Source: an uncultured Gemmatimonadales bacterium (GTDB lineage Bacteria; Gemmatimonadota; Gemmatimonadetes; Gemmatimonadales; GWC2-71-9). From it: 64,000 nt of DNA. This document shows, piece by piece, positions 40,161 through 49,796 of this stretch. The stretch covers positions 192,001 through 256,000 of the forward strand of contig CAVOGR010000005.1 of the NCBI GenBank assembly GCA_963695555.1. The letters are read 5' to 3'. The notes beneath the pieces are model-generated. The model saw only the letters and a list, made by a program, of their open reading frames with translations. It was not told the DNA's origin and searched no databases. The stretch's first letter is position 1, and each line of letters opens with the position of its first letter. A program made the translations under genes and the position numbers.

Positions 40161-40239
40161 AATCTAGGAGGCCGTCCAATCCTTGTCAATATTTGAACTT
40201 GGTCAGATACTTGACAAACCGTGTCCAAATAGCTACTTT
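40161..40239. promoter_or_regulatory. Divergent promoters with 11-bp-spaced CarH-type operator repeats
   Basis: Plus strand TTGACA(40211)-17-TACTTT; minus strand TTGACA(40189)-17-TAGATT; TGGTCA/TTGACA/TGTCCA at 40200, 40211 and 40222. Confidence 0.6.
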
Positions 40240-40359
40240 TCCTGGGCATGGGTTGGACAGTGGTCTTGGGCAATCCTGGACCTCGAGGGCGAGGAGGTCG
40301 GTACTGCTGGTGGGATAGGAAAAGTCATCTACTCGAACACTCTCAGAAGGAGCAACACA

Positions 40360-40857
40360 ATGCGGTCAAAGATTCTCGCTGGGTTGGCGGTTGCCTCGTT
40401 GGCGATTGCGGGCAGCGCTCAGGCTCAGCAGAAGTACTCCGAGGCCAAGCAGGCGGACATCGTGGATGTCGCCATTGCGGCCGGTTCCTTTAACACGCTG
40501 GCCACGGCGCTCGAGGCGGCCGGGTTGGTGGAGACGCTCAAGGGCAGTGGTCCGTTCACCGTCTTTGCGCCGACCGATGAGGCCTTCGCCAAGATTCCAA
40601 AGGAAACCTTGAATGCGTTGCTGGCCGACAAAGAGAAGCTCACGGCCGTTCTGACTTACCATGTCGTCCCCGGTAAGGTCATGGCCAAGCAGGTCATGGG
40701 GCTCAAGAACGCCACGACGGTCAACGGCCAGGACGTCACCTTCATGATCCATGACGGGAAGGTGATGGTGGACAACGCAACGGTAGTGAAGGCCGATATC
40801 GAGGCGTCGAATGGCGTGATCCACGTCATCGACTCCGTGATCCTGCCGAAGAACTAG
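40360..40857 (+). CDS. Secreted fasciclin (FAS1) domain protein
   Basis: Signal peptide; [40 protein letters not shown]. Confidence 0.93.
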   Translation: MRSKILAGLAVASLAIAGSAQAQQKYSEAKQADIVDVAIAAGSFNTLATALEAAGLVETLKGSGPFTVFAPTDEAFAKIPKETLNALLADKEKLTAVLTYHVVPGKVMAKQVMGLKNATTVNGQDVTFMIHDGKVMVDNATVVKADIEASNGVIHVIDSVILPKN

Positions 40858-40880
40858 GCGACCACGTACCACGGTTCGTC

Positions 40881-40926
40881 AAACGCCTGCCTACGCGCTG
40901 ATACGCGCGGGGGCAGGCGTTCTTCT
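40881..40926 (+). terminator. Intrinsic terminator after the fasciclin gene
   Basis: aaacgcctgcc...ggcaggcgttt followed by cttct. Confidence 0.65.
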
Positions 40927-40930
40927 TGGG

Positions 40931-40951
40931 ACCACTCCCTACTCCCTACTC
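40931..40951 (-). repeat. G-rich heptamer arm overlapping the slt stop codon
   Basis: Minus strand gag TAG ggagtagggagtggt. Confidence 0.75.
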
Positions 40952-43294
40952 AGGCTCCCACGAATACAGCATTCGGTAGACATCACGATTGCGGAGTACT
41001 GCGCGAACGTAGCCCCGGGTCTCGCGAAAGGGAATGCGCTCGGTGAAGACTTCGAGATCCTCGGATCCCGGCCGCATCTCCCAGCGGTCCACTCGCGACG
41101 TACCGGCGTTGTAGGCCGCGAGGACATGCGTGAGATTGGCCGATCGGCTCAGGAGATCTTCCAGATGCTTCACGCCAAGTTGCAGGCTCACATCGGGCTG
41201 GTACAACAGCACCGGATCCCAGAACGGAAAGCCCTGGGCCCGGGCCACCCGCCGACCGACATCCGGCATGATCTGCATCAGCCCGCGGGCGCCGGCCCGG
41301 GACGTTGCGGTGGGGTCGAAGTTGGACTCCTGGCGGATGAGCCCGGCCACCAGGGCCGGCTCAACACCGTGGGTACGGGCCAATTCGAGAATGCCATCCC
41401 GCTGGAGAATGGGATAGAGCAGCCTGAGAGTGCGAGCGTCCATCTGGGCGCCAAGGTCGACGGCGCGCCATGCCAACCGGATGGCCCGGGACACGCTCCC
41501 GATCCGGCTCAGACTCTCGGCCACTGCCAGCGTCATGTCCGCCGATTTGCCGGCTGACTCGGCGAGGGCCGCCTCCTCCATCTCGGCCTCCTCGCTGAGC
41601 CCGATCCGGCGGAGCAGCTCAATCCGGGCCGCGGCGCTGTCGGCTGCCGGGTAGCTCTGTCTCGAATCCGGCGCCGGCGGAATCGAGAGCGTGATACCGA
41701 GGCGGCGTGCGCTCAGGAATCCGTAATAGCTCCAAGGCTCCCGCTCGATGACGCGGTGCCAGCGTGCCTCGGCGGCCACGCTGTCGCCGGCGAGTTGCCA
41801 CGCCCGGCCGGCCCAGTAGAGCCCGGCCAGGGCCTCGGAGCTTGCCGCGTGCCTGTTGGACACCGTATCTAACTCGAAAGCGGCGGCGCGCGCCTGGCCG
41901 CCGACCAGGGCGATCAGTGCCGCTTGAAAACGCGCCGACGGGGCGTACGGACTCTCGGGCAACGCGGCGGCCGCCGCCCGATACGTTGCACGGGCCGCCT
42001 CGTCCCGTCCCTCATCGATGGCCAGATCTGACAGGAGGATCCGGGCGCGCACCGCGGCGAGCTCTCCGGGATAGGTGCGCAATATGTCGCGGAGGGCATC
42101 CCGGCTGCCGCCCAGTCCACCGCGGAGCAGAGACCGGGCTCTGAGATATGCCGCGTCGGCGGCCAGGCTCTTCGGCGCCTTGACCCTCTCGAATTGGGCT
42201 GCGGCCTCCGGATATTTCCCGAGCGACGCCAATGCGGAGCCGAAGGCGTAGCGGTCGCGCGCGGTACCACGACCGGCTGCGAAGGCACGGCGATACCCGG
42301 TAGCGGCCCGCGCGGTCATCCCGACGATGGACGCTGCCCGCGCCAGTACGAGCTCGTCCTCGGCCCCCAAGGCCTTGAACCTGCGATCGAGCAACGCGAT
42401 GGCGGGGCCAACAGCGTTGCGGGGGCGCTGGGTGGTGAGAATGTCGAGCAGCTCACGGCGAACGGCCTGTTCCCCGGCCGCCGTCCGAGCGAGATCCAGC
42501 TCGAGGTCGAGGGCGGCCGGCAGCTCGTTGGCCGCGCGGTAGATTCGGATGGCCGCGCTGGTGTCGCCGGTCGAAAGCCGGGCGTCGGCCTCGGTGGCCG
42601 AGATGCGGGACCGGACGGCCGGCAGGGTCAGCCGGTCATACACCGCGAACCGGTGGGCACTGTCGGCCGTTACCCCGGCCGCGCGGAGCAATAACCATTG
42701 CGCGACCAGCGGCAGTTCTTCGGCCGCCTCGCGATAGGCCTGGGCGGCGCTGTCGGGCGGTCCGACCCGCTCGTAGGCCCGCGCCAGCACGACCAATCGC
42801 TCGGCCCAATCGGGAGCATCGATCGTGGCCGCGGCTCGACGGGCGTGGCCGATTGCCGCGGAGTCGTCGGTCCGCTCGAGCGCCGCCCGCGCCAAGAGCG
42901 CCCGGGCGCGCCCCTGGAAGAGGGTATCCACCCACGTGTGATCGGCCAGGATTTGTTCGATGTGGTCCCAGCCGCTCCAGCCATTCGCCGCCTCGGCGGC
43001 AACCAGGACGGCCTCCGGTGTCCGCCTGGCCGTATCGGCGACGATCGGCTCGAGACGCAGCGTGGCCCGCCACGGCAGACCCTTGGCGATGTCGGCCCGG
43101 GCCGAGTCGACCGCTCGGTCGGAGGCTCGGGACAGGGTGGAGGACGTGAGCGGGACCGCGTCCGACTGCCCGCACGCCACTCCCGCGAAGGCCGATGCCA
43201 GGAGTCCCAGCAGGAGAGACTGGGGTGGGGGAAGGGGGATCGGCGGTGGCATGGGGAGGGGTCGTCTCCACTGGGCGGCGGTGTGCTGCGGCAC
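40946..43294 (-). CDS. Soluble lytic transglycosylase (Slt70-like) with TPR-like repeats
   Basis: IRQESNF, GARGLMQIMP, AAYNAG, ETRGYV motifs; start uncertain. Confidence 0.9.
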   Translation of the reverse strand: MPQHTAAQWRRPLPMPPPIPLPPPQSLLLGLLASAFAGVACGQSDAVPLTSSTLSRASDRAVDSARADIAKGLPWRATLRLEPIVADTARRTPEAVLVAAEAANGWSGWDHIEQILADHTWVDTLFQGRARALLARAALERTDDSAAIGHARRAAATIDAPDWAERLVVLARAYERVGPPDSAAQAYREAAEELPLVAQWLLLRAAGVTADSAHRFAVYDRLTLPAVRSRISATEADARLSTGDTSAAIRIYRAANELPAALDLELDLARTAAGEQAVRRELLDILTTQRPRNAVGPAIALLDRRFKALGAEDELVLARAASIVGMTARAATGYRRAFAAGRGTARDRYAFGSALASLGKYPEAAAQFERVKAPKSLAADAAYLRARSLLRGGLGGSRDALRDILRTYPGELAAVRARILLSDLAIDEGRDEAARATYRAAAAALPESPYAPSARFQAALIALVGGQARAAAFELDTVSNRHAASSEALAGLYWAGRAWQLAGDSVAAEARWHRVIEREPWSYYGFLSARRLGITLSIPPAPDSRQSYPAADSAAARIELLRRIGLSEEAEMEEAALAESAGKSADMTLAVAESLSRIGSVSRAIRLAWRAVDLGAQMDARTLRLLYPILQRDGILELARTHGVEPALVAGLIRQESNFDPTATSRAGARGLMQIMPDVGRRVARAQGFPFWDPVLLYQPDVSLQLGVKHLEDLLSRSANLTHVLAAYNAGTSRVDRWEMRPGSEDLEVFTERIPFRETRGYVRAVLRNRDVYRMLYSWEPE

Positions 43295-43365
43295 GTGCTG
43301 AACGGCACGCGCCGAAACTCGGTCATGGAGTTTAGTCGCCCTGGTTGGTCCCCTTCAACTGCGCA

Positions 43366-46024
43366 TCATAGCGATTCGAAGCGTCCCTGGAAGAAACGCA
43401 ACTTGGCCGGCTCATAGACGAACCGCAGTCCCGTGATTTGCTGGCGCCGCTCATACAGTCGGATGACGCCCTCCGCCACGGCCTGCATGTGATCGTTACT
43501 GTAGACCCGGCGTGGGATGGTGAGGCGCACCAACTCCAAGGCCGGACGGTAGTTTTCCCCGGTCTCCGGATTTCGTCCTTTCGACACGTTGCCGCGTTCC
43601 ATCGCGCGGACACCGGTCTCGACGAAGATTTCCGCTGCGAGCCGCTGGGCGGGATACTCGTCCTGGTCGAGGTGGGAGAGGAATCGTTTGGCATCGAGGA
43701 AGATGGCGTGGCTCCCAGGCGGGACGACGATGGGGACGCCCGCATCTAGCAGCAGTTGCCCGAGATATGCGGTCTGCCGCACTCGCGAGCTGATGTACCG
43801 GTCATCGACCATCTCCTCGACCCCGCGCGCGATGGCCGCGAGATCGGCCGTGGCGAGTCCGCCGTCCGTGATGTTGCCCTCATAGACCCGGAGCAGGTCC
43901 TGGGCCTTTCGTGCCCATTCCGCGTTCTCGCGGAAGGCGAGGATGCCGCCGATGTTGATCAAGAAGTCTTTCTTCCCGCTCACCGTGCAGCCGTCCCCGT
44001 AGAGCATCATCTCCCGGAGAATGTCCGCCACTTTGACGTGATGGTACTTCGGGTCCCGGGATTGGATCATGTAGGCGTTCTCGGCAAACCGGGTGGCATC
44101 GAAGAAGATCGGGATGCCCGCGGCGCTGCAATACTCGTACACCTCCTTCATGTTCTGCATGCTCACCGGCTGGCCGCCCGCCATGTTGACCGAGTGTTCG
44201 AACGAGATGTAGGCAACGTTTGAGGCGCCGTGACGCTCGACCACGGCCTCGAGCTTCTCCAGGTCGATGTTCCCCTTCCACGGGTAGTCGAGTTCCGGCC
44301 GATGGGCCTCATCCACGATCACGTCGACGAACACGCCACCCGCGAACTCCTGGTGCAGCTTGGTGGTGGTGAAGTACATGTTGCCGGGCACCAGTTGCCC
44401 GGGCGTGATCATGATCTGGCTCAGGATGTGCTCCGCGGCCCGACCCTGATGGGTCGGGATGATGTGTTCGTAGCCGATCACGTCGCGCAGCACTTTGACG
44501 AGTCGGAGGTACTCGTCACTGGAAGTTGCGCTGGCGCGCGCGCCGTCGTATGCAGCCCATTGCGCATGGCTCATGGCCGAGGTGCCGGAATCGGTCAGCA
44601 GGTCGATGGCGACGTCCGCCGAGCGCAGCAGGAAGGTGTTGTAGCCGGCGGCGCGGATGGCCCGCTCGCGTTCGCCGCGGGTCAGTACACCCACCCGTTC
44701 CACCGTATGGATCTCGATAGGGGAAGACGTCGAAGGCAAAGGTCTCCAGCTCGGGGAAGATCCACCGGTATTCCATCTGATCGCGCCAGCTTCCCTCAAC
44801 CGTGGCCTGGAGCCCGCTCACCGCCTCACGCTGGCGATAGAGGCTGATGATAGCGTTTCCGACCTCATCGAGTTGTTCGTTGGTCATGGCCAGGCGCGGG
44901 ATCTGCACCGGCACGAGCCGGTCTCGTCCTACCAGCCCCTGCGCGAGGGCACGCACACCCGATATCAGAAACAGCGCAGCGGAGAGGGTATCCTGCGCAT
45001 GCCGGCCGACGTGCGGGAGGAACTCGTCGGCCTTGAGGTAGGCGCCGTCGCACCCGCGTTCGATCGGCACGCCCGCGTCGCGGAGTCGCTCGGTGAATCG
45101 CTCGGTTTGATGCATGACCCAGTGGACCTCGTCCTCATCACACATTTCCCGGAGACCCCGAGCCAGCACCTCCATCGTGCGCCCGGCCATGCCGCCGTAC
45201 GTGTGGAGGCCTTCGAAGACCACGACTTCGTTCACGAACTTCTCATGATCATCCGGATTGTCGGTGGTCAGGAGGCCACCGGTGTTGCACTTGGGGTCCT
45301 GGGCTCCATCGACCATCAGGATGTGGGTGGTCTTGACGATGTGGCGTACGATGTCGGCGATGGCACGATCGGCCTGGCCTGGTTCGTGGCGTTGGATGTA
45401 CCAGGCGTTTTCGATGATCCGGGAGCCGTCGCAGACCAGCCGCTTGCCGTACCGGTCGGCGAGGGCACGGAGGGCACGGAGATTCGTCAGGCTGAAGGGG
45501 TGTTGGCCATCGGCAAAGGTTTGGAGCCCGACGATGGCGACTCCAGCCTGTTGGAGGATCTTTTCGAGCTTGCCGAGGTCCACGTTGCCCGTGAAGACCC
45601 GCTCCGCGAGGTCGCGTACGTGGGGATAGGCCACCCCCAGCGGTTGGAGGACGTCCATGCCGGTGCGAGCGTTACTGGGGATCACGGAATCGGGGGGCAC
45701 CATCGTCGTGAGGACCAATTTCAGACAGCCCAGCATATTGTGGGTGGGGCAGACATAGCCATGCCCGAGGACCGCGGTAACCGCTTGTTCCAGCGATCCG
45801 AAATTCCGCGACCCCGCATAGGCTTCGTCGCCAATCAGCTGGCCGGCTAGTTGCTCCTGGCTCATGGCGCCGGTGCCCCGGGCACACATGTCGAAGGTGA
45901 CCTGGGTCGGTGTCAGGTTGAAGACATTGAAATGCGCTGCCGCCAGGTGCTGCTTCCGCTCCTCGAGCGAAGGGAATGAGAGGAGCCTGACGGTTTTGAT
46001 CTTGTGCGGCTCGTGCGGCACCAT
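43366..46024 (-). CDS. tpl: Tandem two-domain tyrosine phenol-lyase-like protein (~885 aa) with a +1 frameshift near 44716
   Basis: Two complete beta-eliminating lyase domains. The C-domain has DLLTDSGT, THQGR, NMYFTTT, SGKKD, ERG and LRFF (TPL-type). Start MVPHEPHKIK follows GGAGGA. Confidence 0.8.
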
Positions 46025-46279
46025 GGATCCTCCGGACATCGGGACGAAATCTCCGGCCGTGGACTCGCTCTGCCAGGCGTCTCGGGGCAGGCGCCGCGCG
46101 GGCCCGGCAGGCCGCTGAGGAAGATGGGCGGCCGGGGCCAACGAAATGGTGAAGCCAGTGTGAAGCGGTATTCCAGGAGACTACGCCAGCCATACCCTGG
46201 GCGCACAAGCGTTTCGCTGCTGCGGAGCGTGCCCCGTCGCGCTTGCGAATTCACGGCGCTCCGGACAGGTTTTGGCCGG

Positions 46280-46362
46280 GCCCGAGTGGCGGAATGGCAG
46301 ACGCAGTGGACTCAAAATCCACCGGGGGCAACCCCGTGCGAGTTCGACTCTCGCCTCGGGCA
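46280..46362 (+). tRNA. tRNA-Leu(CAA)
   Basis: Acceptor GCCCGAG/CTCGGGC, D-loop GGAATGGCAGAC, anticodon arm GTGGA-CTCAAAA-TCCAC, long variable arm GGGGCAACCCC, TTCGA loop; CCA not encoded. Confidence 0.95.
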
Positions 46363-46442
46363 CTGGCAATATTTCCGGCGCCTTCTCTGGGCCAGTGATT
46401 ACGGTCTGCGCTCCCGTCCCGAATCTTGAGGCCGGCTCCCCC

Positions 46443-47075
46443 ATGCTCCTTCCCGACGAGTTCCTGAAACTCCTGATCGCGCTCCTGGTGGGTGGGCTGA
46501 TCGGAGCCGAACGCGAGTTTCGTGACAAGTCCGCCGGCTTCCGTACCATGATCTTCATCTGCCTTGGCGCCACCTTCTTCACCATCTTCTCGGCGCGGCT
46601 CGGGGGCCCGGAGGACCCGGTGCGGATCGCCGCCAGCATCGTGAGCGGCATCGGCTTCCTCGGCGCGGGGGCTATTCTCCAGACCGGAGACAAGATCAAG
46701 GGACTGACTACCGCAGCCACCATCTGGCTCGTCGCGGCTCTCGGAATGGGGATCGGGGGCGGGCAGTACGCATCGGTGGCCATCGGCACAGGCGCGACCC
46801 TGGTGGTCCTCTGGGCCTTTCCATGGATCGAGATCTGGATCGACCGGGCGCACGAATCTCACACCTATGAGGTGGTGTGCCCGGTTCGATTCGAGAAGTT
46901 CGCGGAGATCGAGCAGCTGTTTCGCCAGCACGGACTCAAGTACCGGGGGCAAAAGCAGTATAGGGAGGGGGAGACGATGACGTGTGTGTTTGAGGCGGCG
47001 GGACGGCGACGGGGCCACGAGGCGGTGATGGCCACACTGTTCGCGGACCCCGAGGTGGTAGAGTTCAGGTTCTGA
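46443..47075 (+). CDS. MgtC/SapB family membrane protein
   Basis: IGAERE..DKSAGFRT, DP.RIAA.IVSGIGFLGAG, GLTTAA.IW. Confidence 0.93.
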   Translation: MLLPDEFLKLLIALLVGGLIGAEREFRDKSAGFRTMIFICLGATFFTIFSARLGGPEDPVRIAASIVSGIGFLGAGAILQTGDKIKGLTTAATIWLVAALGMGIGGGQYASVAIGTGATLVVLWAFPWIEIWIDRAHESHTYEVVCPVRFEKFAEIEQLFRQHGLKYRGQKQYREGETMTCVFEAAGRRRGHEAVMATLFADPEVVEFRF

Positions 47076-47152
47076 AGCCCGTGTTCGGGCTATGAGATTA
47101 CATGAGATCTATTTCGTAAAACACATATATTACAGAGCATTACAAATTATTC

Positions 47153-47941
47153 ATGAGAAGTTACTGGAGCATCTGCAGGGTCCGGATGGGGATTGGTCTC
47201 TTGGTCCTCGGCTGCGGCGGGAGCACGGCGGGAGTCGTGCCCGCCGCGGGTCCGGGGCCTGAGCGGGGGCGGGCAGTCGGGTCGGACTCGCTGAGGCTCG
47301 AGGCCGTGTGGTCCGAAGCCGGGCCGGCGCCGGAGGGCAGTGCCATCAGCTTCCGGGTCACCTGGAGCCGAAACGGGGAGCATGTCGGGTCGGACACGAC
47401 CACCCAGCTCAGTCGAGGAGCCACGATCCGCCGCATGGGAAACGGCATTCCCGACACGGTCCTGGTGACCCTCTGGACGCTGAACCAAGGCGTGCCGTCC
47501 GAGCGGGCCAGCTGGAAGGAGCGAGTCTATCGGCCCAGGTCGGCCACAAGCGACACCATCGATCTGGGCCCGGCGCCACCACCCGAAACCAACATTCCCC
47601 GAGCCAGCCCCCAGGCGGGGGTCCCTGACTCGGCGGAGCCTACGGCCGACCCTGTCTCCGCCCGAGACCCCGCCCCTCCTCCCGCCCAACGGGCACCGAA
47701 GCCCGTGGCCCCAGCGCCCCAGGCTGGCGCAGCTCCCGCTGTCGCCCCTGCCCCCTCGCGAGCCATCCAGCGCGTGGTTGTCCGGGTGATGAACCCTCCC
47801 GCGTCTTGGGCGGCCAGGGGCTGGGATCGGGACTGCCCCGCGGGCATCCGGCCGGAGGGGCCGCTTGGCATGGTGATCGTGCCTGAAACGCCGGAGCGCT
47901 GCAAGCCGTATGTGGCCTCATACGGAACCACGCCGGAGTAG
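47153..47941 (+). CDS. Hypothetical Pro/Ala-rich putative lipoprotein
   Basis: LLVLGC lipobox-like; AT-rich upstream region; no recognisable family. Confidence 0.5.
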   Translation: MRSYWSICRVRMGIGLLVLGCGGSTAGVVPAAGPGPERGRAVGSDSLRLEAVWSEAGPAPEGSAISFRVTWSRNGEHVGSDTTTQLSRGATIRRMGNGIPDTVLVTLWTLNQGVPSERASWKERVYRPRSATSDTIDLGPAPPPETNIPRASPQAGVPDSAEPTADPVSARDPAPPPAQRAPKPVAPAPQAGAAPAVAPAPSRAIQRVVVRVMNPPASWAARGWDRDCPAGIRPEGPLGMVIVPETPERCKPYVASYGTTPE

Positions 47942-48218
47942 CAGCCCCGCGCATCCCTCGCCAAGGAAGGGGGTCTTCGACGGAGCGCGCGATCTTGGTC
48001 GCCGCCCCGACTTCCGAACAATCTCTGGCGCCAGCGGCAATATTGTTGATATTGGTGTCTGGAGCGTGGTCTCGATGGCGAGACCGACGCGCCGCCGACC
48101 TCGGTGGGTACCCGCTCACGAGGTCGTTTCGTAGTGATTTCACGGGTTCTTCATTCACGGCTGACCAGCTTGACTCGCTGGGTGGCAGCGTCGGATCCTC
48201 TGGAAAGGAGTGAGTACT

Positions 48219-48857
48219 ATGCTACGACGTTCCTTGTCGGTTGTGTTCGCGGTCTTGTTCGCGGTGAGCCTGGCCGTGCCTCAGGCCTCGGCCCAGGGCA
48301 TCAAGGGTGGGGTCAAAGGTGGGGTGAACCTCGCCAAGTTGGGCGGAAGTGATGCCGGGAGCCTCGAGACCAAGGCCGGCCTTGTCGCCGGCGGGTTTGT
48401 GGAGTTCATGATCGGCAACATGTTCGCGATCCAGCCGGAAGTGCTCTACTCCCAGAAGGGCGCCAAGGAGAGCGTCGGTGGCGACGAGCTCAAGTTGAAG
48501 ATCGATTACGTCGAGGTGCCGGTGCTGCTCAAGATCAACATCCCGATCGAGGGCAGCAACGTTCATCCGAATGTCTATGCCGGCCCGGCCGTGGCCTTCA
48601 AGGCAAGCTGTAAGTTCTCCGGGAGTTCCGGCGGCGTTTCTTTCAGCGAGAGCTGTGATGACGCGGGTGTAATGGTCAAGAGCACCGATTTTGGCGTGGC
48701 GTTCGGTGGGGGGGTCAGTTTCGATGTCGGTGGGGCCGAGGTCGGCGTGGACGTGCGCTACACGCTCGGACTCACAAAGATCGACGATGAGCCCGATCCT
48801 GACAATGTCAAGAACAAGGTTATCTCGATCATGGGCACGGTGGGGTTCAGTCGCTGA
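48219..48857 (+). CDS. Outer-membrane beta-barrel (porin family) protein, copy 1
   Basis: Signal peptide; G.KGGVN, IQPEVLYSQKG, DYVEVPVLLK and DVRYTLGL motifs. Confidence 0.85.
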   Translation: MLRRSLSVVFAVLFAVSLAVPQASAQGIKGGVKGGVNLAKLGGSDAGSLETKAGLVAGGFVEFMIGNMFAIQPEVLYSQKGAKESVGGDELKLKIDYVEVPVLLKINIPIEGSNVHPNVYAGPAVAFKASCKFSGSSGGVSFSESCDDAGVMVKSTDFGVAFGGGVSFDVGGAEVGVDVRYTLGLTKIDDEPDPDNVKNKVISIMGTVGFSR

Positions 48858-48881
48858 GCTGATACCCTGTCTAGGAAGGGA

Positions 48882-48917
48882 AGCGCGGGCCGGCAGTTGC
48901 CGGCCCGCGCTGCTTTT
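48882..48917 (+). terminator. Intrinsic terminator
   Basis: agcgcgggccggca-gt-tgccggcccgcgct followed by gctttt. Confidence 0.75.
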
Positions 48918-49048
48918 CAAAGAACATGTCGAGGGCGTGGTTTCTCCGTGTGCCATTTCGCACAATCTTCATCACCGCTTCACCCTCGATGCATGAGTTT
49001 TAGGCGCTGGAGTGGGGTTACCGGACCAAACGAGAAAGGAGTGGCGCC

Positions 49049-49711
49049 ATGCTACGACGTTCCTTGTGGGCCGTCCTCGGGGTCTTGTTCGCGGCGAGCC
49101 TGGCCGTGCCTCAGGCCTCGGCCCAGGGCATCAAGCTCGGGGTCAAGGGCGGGGTGAACATCGCCAACATCGGAGGGAGTGACATCGATGAGTTCGAGAC
49201 CGACCTCGGTGCCTCCACCGACAGCAAGGTCGGCCTTGTCGCCGGCGTATTCGCCGAGTTCATGATCGGGAACATGTTCGCGATTCAGCCGGAGGTGCTC
49301 TACTCGCAGAAGGGCTTCAAGGCGAGTGAAATGGGCGCCGAGGTCAAGTTGAAAGGCGATTATGTGGAAATCCCGGTGCTGCTCAAGATCAACATCCCGA
49401 TTGAGGGTAGCAAGGTGCATCCCCATGTCTATGCTGGCCCGGCCGTGGCCTTCAAGGCCAGCTGCAAGATCGAGGGGAGCTCCGGCAGCGCGTCAGCCAG
49501 CGTGGATTGTGAAGATGCGGGTCTCCTGATCAAGAGCACCGACTTCGGTGTGGCGTTCGGCGGAGGGGTCAGTGTCGATGTCGGCGGGGCCGAGGTCGGC
49601 GTCGATGTGCGTTACACGTTAGGGCTCACGTCCGTCGATGACGAGCCTGACCCGTACAGCATCAAGAACAAGGTCATTTCGATCATGGGGACAGTGGGTT
49701 TTTCCCGCTAG
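49049..49711 (+). CDS. Outer-membrane beta-barrel (porin family) protein, copy 2
   Basis: Tandem paralog of 48219-48857 with long identical stretches. Confidence 0.87.
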   Translation: MLRRSLWAVLGVLFAASLAVPQASAQGIKLGVKGGVNIANIGGSDIDEFETDLGASTDSKVGLVAGVFAEFMIGNMFAIQPEVLYSQKGFKASEMGAEVKLKGDYVEIPVLLKINIPIEGSKVHPHVYAGPAVAFKASCKIEGSSGSASASVDCEDAGLLIKSTDFGVAFGGGVSVDVGGAEVGVDVRYTLGLTSVDDEPDPYSIKNKVISIMGTVGFSR

Positions 49712-49734
49712 GCCATTTCAGCGTACCCAACGCA

Positions 49735-49764
49735 AGCGCGGGCCGGCGATCGCCGGCCCGCGCT
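49735..49764. terminator. Hairpin terminator, duplicate of the 48882 stem
   Basis: agcgcgggccggc-gatc-gccggcccgcgct. Confidence 0.7.
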
Positions 49765-49796
49765 GCTGTCTTGGACCTTCCGGCCACCGGCAGGAG

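Noticed and set aside
6507..40951. Short repeats as a CRISPR array
   Set aside because: Units are 7-8 bp with no unique spacers, and there are no cas genes.
44700..44730. Programmed ribosomal frameshift in the TPL fusion
   Set aside because: No recognisable slippery heptamer or stimulatory stop; a single-base consensus error is simpler, though reads are needed to exclude it.
46025..46210. TnaC-like leader peptide upstream of the lyase
   Set aside because: The Trp-containing upstream frame has no early stop or TnaC-like motif, and the enzyme is TPL-type.
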